A stretch of 64,000 nt of DNA from the human T2T-CHM13v2.0 reference genome, Homo sapiens. Location: assembly GCF_009914755.1 (NCBI RefSeq), contig NC_060933.1. One strand, written 5' to 3'. Under the pieces are notes generated by a model. That model saw only the letters and a list, made by a program, of their open reading frames with translations. It was not told the DNA's origin and did not search any database. A program made the translations under genes and the position numbers. This document shows, piece by piece, positions 26,601-39,228 of this stretch; within the stretch, counting starts at the first letter, position 1, and each line of letters begins with the position of its first letter.

Positions 26601-27279
26601 ACGTGAGCTTGGAGAATATTACTTATGAATAGATGAACAAAGGCTGAAGGAAGGGACCAAAAATGAAATTGGCGTTTCTCTTTAATTTACCTAAAAGTTT
26701 CTGGAAGCATATTACAAGTACATTACAAAATACAATATGAAGGAGGTAACTTGAGAGGCTGAATTTTAAAATTCAAATGTAAAATGTTTAAAAGAGCCCT
26801 CGTTTAGACTATTTGAGGTACTGCTCAGTATTAAAACCTTATCGAGTTTATTAAAGATCAGCTGTCAATTAAGTAGATGTTATCAATATGACTGACAATA
26901 ATAATTTCAGATTTATTTATTATTAGAAAGTCTTTAGTGTTTTGGTAATTTGGGGAAGGTAGAAGATACTGACCCTCACCTAGTTTATTTTGTTTTAAAT
27001 TCTGATGTAAAGTACAATGTATCATGTTTTCCTGACCATCAGTGTCACCTCAGCATAACCCGGGAGGTGCTCAAATAAATGTGGTTCACCATGATCACCA
27101 GTCCCACTGTGGGGTGACTGATCTGCCTAAAGCCCAAGTTTCCAATGAGTACATTCCTGAGTCTGGCTGAGGCTTCTTTCCTCAAGGTAAGAACTCAAGA
27201 ATTCATCCTGAATTCTAGTCCTTTCCAACATAGATTACAAATGCTCTTAATTTTAGAATGGTGATACTGTATCTAATAG

Positions 27280-27932
<653 letters not shown>

Positions 27933-28737
27933 TATTATTTCTATTTAAGATGCAACAGAGATTTGTGTAAGGAAATGACAAATAGGCAGTGCAAGTAAAG
28001 CTTACATATCTGCAAATGTCTTGCCAAGCTTAAGTATCTGAAAATACGTGGTTTAAAAGGAAGAAGGCTTTCACTTCTGATAAGCCAAGTTTGTTTTAAT
28101 TTGTGGTACTTGTACATCTTGTACCTGAAGAGCACTGAATATTTATAATAAAGGTTCCTAGTTGTTTTAAAACCAAAACAAAAATAAGAGCTGGTGTAGG
28201 GGCTGATTCATCCCAAGAGGAAATTCTTGTGGAGTGGACTCTCACTTTATCTTGTCCAGATTCCTGAATGGTCACTTCAAATGTCAATGTGATCTCTGCA
28301 GCTTGGATACCTCTCCTTAAGCTACTAAAGGGTCTCATGAACTCTGGGTTTTGGCCAAGGACATTGAAAAGACTAGTTGGAAAAAACTACCATTCTGCAG
28401 TGATTCATAGGCAGTATGCTAGCAGCTTTCAAATAATGTGAATTATATACAGGATCCTAGCAATTTTCAAATAGTGATCAAGTAAAAGTTGTTGATGGTT
28501 CTGGTATAAACCATGAATCTCATCTCACCAAGACGAGTGCTGGGAAGGAAGGGGTTAGAGTTTCTCTCCTGGCCTGGCCACAAGCCCCTTCTCTCATCAT
28601 TCCAGTCCTGATGGTGTCTTATCCATGTTTGTCTCTTCTACATCTTACATTGGTCTTAACAGTGCCTGTGATTACTTCAACATGTAAACAGCCAAAGAGA
28701 ACTCTGTCTGCAGCTGTTCAAAGCTCTGTCCTCCAGC

Positions 28738-28887
28738 CATGTTTCTTAAACTCTTGGGGTCATGAGCCCTTTTGAGAATCTGATGAAAGCCATGGATTCT
28801 CTCCCCAGAAAAACAGACATGTAATAGTTTGTGTATGATGTCATGAACCTCTGGAATCAAATCCTCTACCCCAGGGTAAGAACCCTG
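28738..28887 (+). mobile_element. hAT-Charlie MITE (Charlie4z-like)
   Basis: gtttcttaaac...ccttttgagaatctgatgaaagccatggattctctccccagaaaaa...ggtaagaaccctg. Confidence 0.7.
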
Positions 28888-28919
28888 CCCTTAATAGCTT
28901 TAAATGAAAGGATGCTGTT

Positions 28920-29850
28920 TGACATCCAGGCTCCTTCTAACTCATGCTTAGCCATTCCTAAGTGTGGCCCTTATCCTCATGGTCTCAGGCAGTGGCAAAT
29001 TCTCCATCTATTATGAATGTATTTCAGGCAAGAAGATGGAAAGTAAAGATAATTTTTAAGGGCATTTCCTACAAGATGCACTTAAAACTTATGCAACTTT
29101 TAAGGTTCCATGGGCATGTGACTGCTGCAGTGAAAAGCAGACAGTTAAACCATTTTGAAATTCTTAAGAGATGTATGTTTGAGTCTGTTCTGTAACTGAA
29201 ATCCAAGGGGACAATGGGGCATGTGCAAACAAAGTGGGCAATACCCTGAGGGTAAGTGGCTCTCTCACCTGGATGCCTCACCTGTCCCAGTGTGCAGAGG
29301 CTGCAGTACCCTTAAAGGTCACTGTCTGCAGGGGGTTGGGACAGCAAGACGGTAGGCAGAGGAGATGCCTGGCTTGCTTTCCCAGCCGCCACCAAGGCAC
29401 TGAATACAGAGCTGGCATGTGGCAGGATGGGGAACCCAGAAGAAAACCCCAGAGGCTGTGTTTCACTGAGTCGCCAAAGTGAGGGACTCCTCTTGCCTGA
29501 CAAGTGTCTGTGCGCTTGAGGGAGCAACATAACATGGCAAATAAAAATCATCATGACAGGTCAAGAGAGAGATCCTGGAAGTAATGAAAAAGCTTTATAT
29601 TTAATACTGTTAACAGCACCCTTTTCCTACTTTTTCAGCAAAGAGCCCTGCATTTTCTTTTTGCATGGATCCCTTGAATTATGTAGCCTGTCTTGCTCTC
29701 TCTCACTGGCCAGCCACAAAGAGCTGCAAAGAATGCTGAAAAATACAGTGTTTATTCTAGTGGATGTGCCCAGCCAAAATCAGGAGTTCTGTTACCATGG
29801 AAGATGGGGAAAATTGATATTGAGGTTGATAGCTAGCAGTTTCTACCACA
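28920..29850 (-). mobile_element. MLT1 (ERVL-MaLR) LTR split by a MER45-family element
   Basis: catccaggctccttc...cctcatggtc at left; gctgcaaagaatgctg...gtgcccagccaaaatcaggagttctgttac...ctaccaca at right. Confidence 0.65.
29070..29695 (+). mobile_element. MER45-family (hAT-Tip100)
   Basis: catgggcatgtgac...ttgaaattcttaa...tccaaggggacaatggggcatgtgc; end gccctgcatttt...aattatgtagcctgtcttg. Confidence 0.65.
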
Positions 29851-29869
29851 TAAGAAGAAACCACCCATT

Positions 29870-30060
29870 ATTGAAAGTGTTTACAACGTTTAGCTCACTG
29901 AATCCTAAAAGCAATAATACTATTAGCCCTAGTTTACAGACAAAACAACAGCACACAGAGATGAAGTAACTTGCCCCAGAGCACACATCTAGCAAGCAAT
30001 GAAGCCATGGTTCAAACCTGGGCAGTATGGATTTCAAATCCAGGACCCTAACCCCTGCAA
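29870..30060 (-). mobile_element. MIR
   Basis: gcacacagagatgaagtaacttgcccc...ttcaaacctgggcagt. Confidence 0.8.
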
Positions 30061-30139
30061 CAGCACCACCTTTGCAGCTCAGCCTGCAAAACCCACAGCT
30101 GTGATTCGGCAGGGATGTTCTAGCCTCTGAATCCCTTAT

Positions 30140-30305
30140 AAAAACATTGGTCATGAAATCACCTGCACCAGAATCGCTACAATATTTGTTTAAAATGCAG
30201 TTTCCCAGGCTTTAAGCCAGGCTACCAGATCAGAATATCTGCAGGTGGATTATAAGGATCTTCATTTTAAACAAACTCCCTCTGGTGATTTTTAGACACT
30301 TTAGG
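30140..30305. mobile_element. MER5-family MITE
   Basis: atcacctgcaccagaatc...tgtttaaaatgcag...cattttaaacaaactccctctggtgatt. Confidence 0.65.
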
Positions 30306-30339
30306 AAATATTACTTAAAAGTTTTAAGGTACAATAAAC

Positions 30340-30740
30340 TTCCTGGGTTGAGGATTGTGTGGGAAGCCGTGAGGAAACAGACATTTATATTAGCACATTG
30401 ATGGCAAGAAAGCAACAGTTTACAACCCAATGAGGGGGAACGTGGCAATGTCTACCAAGATTACAGATGCATTGGCCCTGGGATGCAGCAGTCCCACTTC
30501 CAGAAATCTAGCCTACAACTACAATTACATGTGTATGAAATGTACAAAGTTACTCATAGTGGCATTATTGACACCAGCAAAATATTGTAAGCACCCCAAG
30601 TGTCTAGCAAAGGAGACCAGGATGAGCCCATCCATGTAGTGGCACACTGTGCTGCTGTCTGGAAGAATGCAGGCAATCACTAAGTACTGATGGAGGGAAA
30701 TCTTCAGCACATGTTGCAAAGGGAAAATATAAGATATGTA
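30340..30740 (+). mobile_element. Old L1M (L1ME-like) 3' fragment
   Basis: tggcaatgtctaccaagattacagatgc...cagcagtcccacttccagaaatcta. Confidence 0.65.
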
Positions 30741-30939
30741 ACAGTGTCCCTGGACATGCAGGCAAGAGAATTCCCTCTCACCAGGAACAGTGTGCTCCCG
30801 AAAATGTCCAGTGACGTTACAAAGGCTGAGTCTCAGGGCTGCGATGGCAGGTGGGGGCAGTTGAGTCAGCTCTGGCCCCTTTTCCTAAGCCCTGAGCTGT
30901 TGAAGGCTCCCTGATAGCTGTCTTTAAAATTAATGGAGG

Positions 30940-31230
30940 GGCTGGGTGTGGTGGCTCACGCCTGTAATCCCAGCACTTTGGGAGGCTGAGGCGGGCAGAT
31001 CACGAGGTCAGGAGTTCAAGACCAGACTAGCCAACATAGCAAAACCCCGTCTTTACTAAAAATACAAAATTTAGCCGAGTGTGGTGGCAGGCACCTGTAG
31101 TTTCAGCTACTCAGGAGACTGAGGCAGGAGAATTGCTGGAATAGGGGTGGCAGAGGTTGCAGTGAGCCAAGGTCACACTAGTGCACTTCAACCTGGGCAA
31201 TAGCATGAGACTCTGCCTCAAAAAAAAAAA
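30940..31230 (+). mobile_element. AluS (Sg/Sc-type gatcacgaggtc)
   Basis: Full dimer with poly-A; TSD aaaattaatgg(a/c)gg at 30926 and 31231. Confidence 0.96.
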
Positions 31231-32170
31231 AAAATTAATGGCGGTACTTAGGGCCTCTCTTCCCTAGGCAATGGATCCTGTTCACCAATTTGGTGGCAAA
31301 GAAAAACGTCTTATTCCATCCCTTTAGAGATGGTAAACCTAGATTTGGAGTGTAGAATGATTCTGAGATGGCACTGACTTCTTCATCCTTTTCAATTGGA
31401 AAACATGCTGCCTCAGTCCTAGACTGGATTGTTTTGGGGAACAAACTTTTTTTAAAGTGTTTTGGAGGATTGGTGCTCTTCTTCCGACTCTGTATGATGC
31501 CTCTCTCCTCTTGAATTTGGATCACTTGCTTGTGGTAGAATGTTTTATTTTGTACTCTAGAGAATGCTTATACTCTTGAGTGGAAACATGAGGGAGTTTC
31601 AATAACAGATTGTTCTCTAAAAATAGTCCCTTCAGCCTTTCCTATTAAACTAGGTGTCAAGGCTCAGGGTTAGCAAAGCAGTTTGTTAGAGCAAAAGCAG
31701 CACAGAGCGTTCCCTTGGAGATTGTCATATATGGCTGTGAAACTCCAGGAAGGCAGACCTTAGAATTCTTCACAAGTTAGAGGAGAGAAACCCAAATGCC
31801 AGGTCACTCTTTTTCTTTACTTAAATAATATGTCAGCATCAGGAAGTAGTTTAAATAATAGACGATCTGTTAGCACAATGAAAACCCTGTCATCTTCCTG
31901 TGTTTGGGGCCTGGATTAATTTATTCTAGGTTCTCTTATGGTTAGTAGTGGCTCCAGAATGTGGCGAGGGCTTGAGGCTATGTTTTCACAGACTTTTTGT
32001 AAGACTGAAAAAGTATAAATTGATCACGTCAAAGAATGAAGGAGTAGCTGATACGCAACAGAGGTGAAACCCTCCTTCTTCCTCCCTTCCTCTTGACACT
32101 TTAATTGTTCTAACTTGGTGGATGATTCTCATCATAAAGGCCCAAGGTTATATCCAAGGTTAAACTGGAC

Positions 32171-32382
32171 CAGCGATGTCCAATAGAGCTTTCTGTGATA
32201 ATAGAAATGTTGGGTACCTGGGCTGTTCTGTACTATAGCTGCTTGCCCAATGGGGCTATTGAGCAGTAGAGATGTGGCTGGTATGACTGAGAAACAAAAT
32301 GTTTAATTTTATTTCCTTTCAGTTAGTTTAAATGTAAATAGCCACATTTAAATGGCTAGTGGCTGACATTTAGACAGCATGG
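32171..32382. mobile_element. MER3 (hAT-Charlie)
   Basis: cagcgatgtccaatagagctttctgtgata...aaatagccaca...ggctagtggct...gacagca. Confidence 0.85.
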
Positions 32383-33130
32383 CTCCGTGATGCATGGAAT
32401 AGGCATCAGGAATTATAATTTCTGAACTCTACCTTCATGAGAAATTGAGATGATGGTAGTGTCATGTTAGTGCTGTATGCATCACATGCCCATCTTAGAG
32501 AATAGTTATCATTGACCCTTGCTTCCTCTTTGGATGTTCTGAGGGGTGCAGGCCATTTGGACTTTCTTATTGGTTTTCATGAACCAGAGATGTCAATGCC
32601 AAGCCTTTCTTGACTGTGTTGGTCCATTTGCAAGAAACAAAGCAGGGATTCAGTCCAGGAGAGGCAAGCTAGTATGAAAGCCCAGCCCAAACAACAAAAG
32701 GTGTGAAGTTACAACACTGCACTGCATGTGATATTCACAGGTAAGAAAATTTCATTTGTATGTATGTGTCCCTTGAAACTCAGAATCAATTAATTAATTT
32801 CAGAGACTTCACTCTACCCACTCAAAAGTCAATTCCACCATTCCTACTTATAATTTTTATTAGGAAATAGAAAAAAAACTGCTATAGTGCACAATGTGTG
32901 AGATCATGACAATTAGGGGTTCATTTGCTTTTGCAAAATCATCTTGAATGCAGGATGGATATCCAAGGTGACTCTGTAAGAGCACACACCATTTAATCTG
33001 TGTATCTTACTAACCTTAAATCAATCTGATAACTCCCTCTTACCCCGTTTCTCTCCTTCAGAATGTTCATGTTTTACCTTAGGCCCCTTCAGTGGTATTT
33101 TTCAAAGTGCCCACATAATGTTTTATGCTA

Positions 33131-33579
33131 CGTCAACCTAAAGTGAAGAGGCTGAGGCACAAAATATAATTTAAACGTTTCACAAGCCAAGTGAGGACAG
33201 CTGCCCAGAAGACTCAGACTCAAGCAACCTTGGGTATGAGCTCCATTGACCTTTGTTATAAGCAAGTTTTTAAAGGTGAAGAAAGGGGACACGGAGTGAA
33301 CTAACACAAAGTTAGGAATTCTTATTGGTTTACAAAAACAATGTTGATTAGTGATTGGCTATATACATTGTTAAGGTATAGGGTGTGGGTTGTAGTACCC
33401 TGTGTAGCATGATTAGGTTAATTTATAGCTATCTGGGCAATAGCAAGCAGTTTCAAGACATGAAAACATAGCTCAAAGCCGGGAGTAGGATGTAATTGCT
33501 ACCACCTTTTAATATCTCTCTGGACCTGAAAATTTTAAAGGATTTGCGTTCCTCCAATGAAAATTCTTTTCTTTTCTCA
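33131..33579 (-). mobile_element. ERV1 (MER4-group-like) solo LTR, subfamily not assigned
   Basis: ~450 bp bounded by (c)gtcaa...ttctca (TG...CA-type ends); near-TSD gcta/gctg; CCAAT boxes on the minus strand. Confidence 0.75.
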
Positions 33580-35130
33580 GCTGTTAATTAAGAAACAATG
33601 GGTAGCCAAGCCTATCATGCAAGCTGCCATGTCCTGCCAACAAAAATCCTCATCCCCAGGCCTCGCACACTCAGAATTATTGCCCTCCTTCCCTTAGGAA
33701 TTCTACCTCCTTAGGAAGTGGGGATGTTGGATGGCCCACAGCAAACCCAGCCTGCTTCAGGTGACCAGCTCCAATTGATCTTTACTTCACAAACTGTCCA
33801 TCTGAGAATCCCAAGACCTCAGGGTTAGCACAGAGGGAGCCATCTTCTGGAATTTGTCTTCACTCCAGCCTCCCCCTAGCTAGTGTGTTTTGTTGTCAAG
33901 ACACCCAACTGGGTCACCAACTCCTGGCCTCTGATGCACACTCATTGGTAATAAACCATGCTCTACCTGACCCTCCACCCCAAGGGGAAGCCCTGAGATG
34001 CTATAGATGACTATTGGCTCACTTACCGTGCATTATTAGCAGAGCTCCCAAAAGAATGAATCTCACTGGCACAGACTGTTGTGTACAAGTATGGATCTAG
34101 GATGATTTTCTGATGTTGAGACACAGAAGCTCTCAAAGGGCTTATTCAAGGAACAAATTCATGACATTATAAACTGCTATAAGAATGACCTTAACTATTC
34201 TCTCCTACTGAGTGAGCCACCCAGCAGAGCACCATGAGTATAAACAGCCCTAGACTGTCAGATCTTATTGTTTTGTTGATGAGCACACATGGTCCTTAAG
34301 CATACAGTGTGGGTGGTCTGCTGGGGGGTTATGAATCAAAGCCAAGGGGGTTTGCTTTCTGGTCAGCCTCCATGAGTTATTTGTGAGCACTGGACTAATT
34401 GCTTCTAAACTGCACATGTAATGGCCACTTCTGAGTTTTTGATAGGAAAATGGCTACTTGTTTATTCTCAGATGTCATAATAAATCTGTCCTTTGCAAAC
34501 CAGAGACCCAGCATGAACACATGAATGGGTGAGTTTCAGAGGACTTCCCTGGGATCCACAGCTCACTGTGCAACCTTGCAGAAGTTGTTTGACAGGTGTG
34601 CCTTCGGCCTGTCCCCAACATAAGCAAAACACACCTGCCCTTTATCTGGCTGAGTGGGAGCATGTGCAGCTGCAGTCGATTAAAACTGAATGAAAGTTTG
34701 TCTGCAAACAGAGCTTCTTGGTGGTTAGATGTTGTGTAATTACAAGTGTTATTGCAAAATACTATTCTTATTTACTTTGTGTATGTTGAAACACTTTAAA
34801 TGTATCATTCATTTTGTAGGGCAGATAGTATTTTCTCCATCTCCTGTTTTTGCTTTAATACACTATTGGTTATTTTAAATGACCAAACCATTCATGCCTT
34901 TATGACCATTCAAATAATACAGAATATGGGGGATAAATGACTAATTAATAGATTAATAGTCTTCCTCTTCCCATCTCCTCGAGGTAGCTAATATTATCAA
35001 AGCAGCGTGCTGCATGCATCTTTCCACAATCACTCTATGTATGTAGAAACATTATTTTTAAAGCTTATGAAAGTGTACCTATGTTTTTATATGCTGTAGC
35101 ACTATACATGTATGTGTACATATATCCACA

Positions 35131-35211
35131 CACATTCATGCATGTGACATTTCCAAGTCTATAGAGATCTGCACATTCATACATGTGACATTTCCAGGTC
35201 AACAGCGATCT
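35131..35211 (+). repeat. Diverged tandem duplication, period 41 bp, in an old L1M-like remnant
   Basis: cacattcatgcatgtgacatttccaagtctatagagatct vs cacattcatacatgtgacatttccaggtcaacagcgatct (5/40 mismatches). Confidence 0.9.
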
Positions 35212-35729
35212 AACTCATTATTTTAAATAGTTGCCTAACAGTCTGTAATATGGATCATAATCTATTTAATCATTTTCCTGTTGCTGGAAATTTTTATTTT
35301 TATTTTTTACCTTAAGGTCCTCTGTTAAGAAAAAAGGAAGAAAAAAGTGCCTTGCTCTGCAGTGGTGGGGTTTGCAGGGGCAGTTGGTTGGGCCGTGTGT
35401 GTATTTGGGAGTATTGTTTGTTTACACAGTCAGTTTCCTAGGTTTCCATGTGTCATTGCCAATCTGTGTTGAGTTAGCGGCCAACAGCTCTTCCTAAACC
35501 ACGTCTTGTGGCCAAGTGCAAACTGAACATCGAGGAATGGAAAATATTGCAGAGTTTCTAAATGGTCAGGAAGGTTTTAATCCCCAAACAGGTCTAGTTC
35601 CTATTTTGTGAAAAACAGTGTGGAAACACCTAATTTTTAAAAATCCTCCACTGTCAAATGAAGAGAGATTTGGGGTTACTGGTCCGGTTAGGTGCCCTGA
35701 CTCAGGCATCCCTGGAACATAATACTTCC

Positions 35730-35830
35730 ACAGTAGACTGTCAGCTCACTGAGGTAGGCCCTTTGATGTGTTTTTGTTTTCTGCCTGGCATAAAGTAGGC
35801 ACTTAATAATAAATGTTTGTTGAGCCAAAT
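35730..35830 (+). mobile_element. L2 3' end
   Basis: tagactgtcagctc...tgcctggcataaagtaggcacttaataataaatgtttgttga. Confidence 0.75.
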
Positions 35831-36754
35831 GGTTTACATAGGGCTGAAAATTACCTTTTTTTGTTTGATTTTTGAGAGTCTGGCTGAAGAGAGACTGTCA
35901 GCTGTTTGTTTGACACAAAGGAGAGAGCTTGATGGGACAGGGAAGGGGAAGAAGGGCAGGCCAGGAGTAAGATTTAATATGGGAGTAGGCAGGGAAGAGG
36001 AAAATGAGGTAATGTGGTTTGGTCTAGTGATAGATGATAAGTCAGATCTTGAGGATGTTTATCTTGGGCTCAAGAGCAATGGAAAGCCACAAGAACCGTC
36101 CTGGAGGGGGAGGGAATGTCCAAATCTGTGAGTGGAGAGCTGACTTAGGCTTTGAATGTGTCATTGTAATTGATGACCAGGGAGGCACTGTCCTCTCCTG
36201 CCCCTTGCTTGGGATGAGTTTGTTATACCTTATTTTTATAGTCCTGCCAGGTCTCCATGCACCAAAGCATATTCAGAACAGCAGAAACAAAACTTTAATG
36301 TTTCATATTATGAGTTTGTCTGTAGTATGGTTTGTGTGTGTGTACATACCACACATTTCCACAGATAGACCAACACAAGTAAAATTAGGGGATATTAAAA
36401 AACCCTTCAAAAACAATGAAACTGCCTTACAAATTCTCAGTCTTCTCCAGACTTCTCTGAAGAACTCAAGACTTCTCTTGAAGTCTTGGTGTCTTCGAGA
36501 GACTTTTAACCAATCTCCCAAAGAGTGTAGAAGCTTGTGGATAGATTCAGCAAATTGAAGGTCCCATAGTCATCATATGAGCTAGCCCCAGGCTCAATCC
36601 ACTAAGCGAAAGAAATTTCATGAGATCTTTTTTTTTCTGGAGGCCCCCTGAGGCCATTACTTCCTCCTGGGAATATCTAAGGAAGCTAACCAATTACAAT
36701 CAAATCACCTAATTCTTACCCGTCACCTACTGTGCCTATGCCAGATGTTCTTAC

Positions 36755-36855
36755 CTGTGATAATCTTATTTCCAATAAAAATAAAAGACACCCTGCCTGG
36801 ACAGAACAGACTGTCACAGCTCCAGTGTCATCCACAAGATGAGTGTGGCTTAGGC
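36755..36855 (-). ncRNA. Candidate antisense non-coding exon (possibly MAMDC2-AS1-related)
   Basis: Minus strand: tttgtttcttctcttttattttccctgccccacag | 101 nt | CAG-GTAAGA. Splice signals only; no transcript evidence available. Confidence 0.4.
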
Positions 36856-36957
36856 CTGTGGGGCAGGGAAAATAAAAGAGAAGAAACAAATGCTTACAGG
36901 AATTTCCATCTTGCTTCTTGATACAGACTGTGAAGTGTTAGGATATACAGAATGTGG

Positions 36958-37028
36958 CTGAGTCCATGAGTTTACAACCAGCCTGGGCAACATAGCAAGA
37001 CCCTGTCTCTATAAATAAATAAATAAAT
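36958..37028 (+). mobile_element. Severely 5'-truncated Alu left-monomer fragment with a (TAAA)n tail
   Basis: gagtttacaaccagcctgggcaacatagcaagaccctgtctct; flanks gatatacagaatgtgg / gatatagagaacatgg resemble a TSD. Confidence 0.85.
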
Positions 37029-39139
37029 GATATAGAGAACATGGAATAATAATATCCTCTTAAATGATTGCTGGGGAGCTCAGATAAGATGGTGTGGGTA
37101 ACAGCCCTTATGTAAGCTACAGAAATCTCTATGAATTATAGTTGTTCTGGAAATGTCAAATTCATTAGGTAAAAAAACTCTTTTAAAAAAGGCATCTTCA
37201 AAAGCCAAGCTTCAGTCTAATATAATTTGCCCATGGAAGTAAGTCTGTAATTCACATATTTAAAAAGTGAATGAAAGGATGGTCTTTCATTTAATATCAC
37301 TAGTTTTTTATGCTTTTACTCAATTGTTCCTAGTTTGGAGTGCTATCGTCTTCTAACCTCTGCAAGACTATTGGGGTATTTTTAAATATATATATCCTCT
37401 ACCTTATAATCCGATAAATTAAAGAAGTGGCTGGACTTCTTATCTGAAAGGAAAGTCAGGTGTGATTACAGCCTTATGTCCAGAAAGCCTGCTACAAGTG
37501 ACTAGCCCAGGTTTGGGTCTGTTTCTGGCATAATTACTGTTGGAGGGCTGATGAGAGAAAAGTGTCAATCATGGAAGTTACTTGCCTTTGAAGAGAGGCA
37601 ATTCCTTGTTCTTTCAGACCTGCAAGCTTAAGGAGCAACTTCCTCTATCTGGTTCACTCTTGGCGCATAATACAATGCCACCTGCAAGTCAGAACTTTCT
37701 AATAAATGCCTCTCCCCCACTACATTGTCCAAAAGGAATGTTGAAAATGTAAAAAAAATTAAGATACAATGGAAATATTCTAGAAGACACTACCTATCAT
37801 CTGTAAAATTTCAAAGCATGTTTAGCGCCTAGCATCTCCTGCTAAAGATGGAAAAAACAAAAAGGAATCATAGGACATTTTATTTTATAAGTAAAATCAG
37901 AAGGCATAATAGCCAACCTGGCCAACTTTTGAAAACTGTGGAAGGCAGCAGTGGCTGCTATTGTCTCATTTTCAGATATGAATGGGTGGTTTGCCCACTG
38001 TTGCCCTCCCTTCTCTCTTTATATTGTACCACTGATGTTTAGCAGTACTATAATAAATCAATATTTTCATTTTACAGTGTATATCTATGGGATTCTCTCA
38101 TTTTCATTTTTTAAAGTTATATTTGTTTTGTACTAGAGTTTTGGAAAATAGTTCATATATCGTTGCTTTTATTAAAAAAAAAGTGTTGCTCATTCTATAG
38201 CTAAAGCAATTAAGGGATCCATAGTTCAGTGAAAATTTTTTTTGCATGGATATAATATGTCTCCTAAGCCAAAGCAAGTCCTGTCCAATCCACCACTTAT
38301 GACAATCTATTCTGTATAAAAGCAATAAGTCACATGTCAGAAGGGAGTTGTAACTGAAGAGAAGGATGGCACTTCTCACTGAAAGAAGCCAGAGAGCTCC
38401 AGGTCAGGCACTGCATTCCATTCCCTTGGCTGTGTTCCTCTTTGCATGCTTACGCATGATTTCTTCCTTTCTTTCTTTCTTTTTTTTTTTTTTTTAATAC
38501 CTTTTATCCCAAGCCAAAGTCCAGCCTATCAGGGGCCCAAGGAAAAATAAAAAATGAATGCCCTGTAGTACTTTAAGTTTATACATATTAATGTGGGTTC
38601 AATTTGCTATTATCAAGGAGATTCTTTAGCCAGACACAATTAAATGTGAGAGGGACACAAAGAAACATCTTGCCTCAATTTCAGTAAAGATGAGCATGTC
38701 CTGGCTTTACCACTAATTAGCTAAGAGACTTAAGAATAATTGAGAGAGGGAGTTAGTTAGCCTCAATGTCTTCTCAAGTCTTTTCCAATGTTAATGTTTT
38801 GTGATCTCGAGCCATACAAAGAAACCCAACTAAGTATCACCTATGTGTTTTCTAATGTATCAACTCCTCCTTGGCATCAAAATATGTTGGAATCTTCTTC
38901 TGCTCACCTGGCACTTCTCAAAGTATATACTGTGAGGTTTCTGTGAGACGGGAGACTCATAACCCTTAAATCTCTCACTCAGGTCTTTCATGTATCTGTT
39001 TGCAGGTCTGACTTCCTATTTAGCTACCTCCTTATGTTGTATCTTGGCCATAGTCTCTGAAGAATTGTCACCCAGACAGCTCTCACTCAAGGTGACCTGA
39101 CTTAAGATTGCCAGAAAAGAATAACTAATGCCATGAAAA

Positions 39140-39228
39140 TCTGTTTTGTTTACAGCTCTATCTCCAGGGACTAGAACAGTACCTGATATAGAGTAGATGC
39201 TCAACAAATATTGCAGAATGAATGAACT
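39140..39228 (+). mobile_element. L2 3' end
   Basis: ctagaacagtacctgatatagagtagatgctcaacaaatattgcagaatgaatgaa. Confidence 0.8.

Noticed and set aside
36034-36558. 174-aa ORF
   Set aside because: Begins in degenerate L2-like sequence; no homology recognised.
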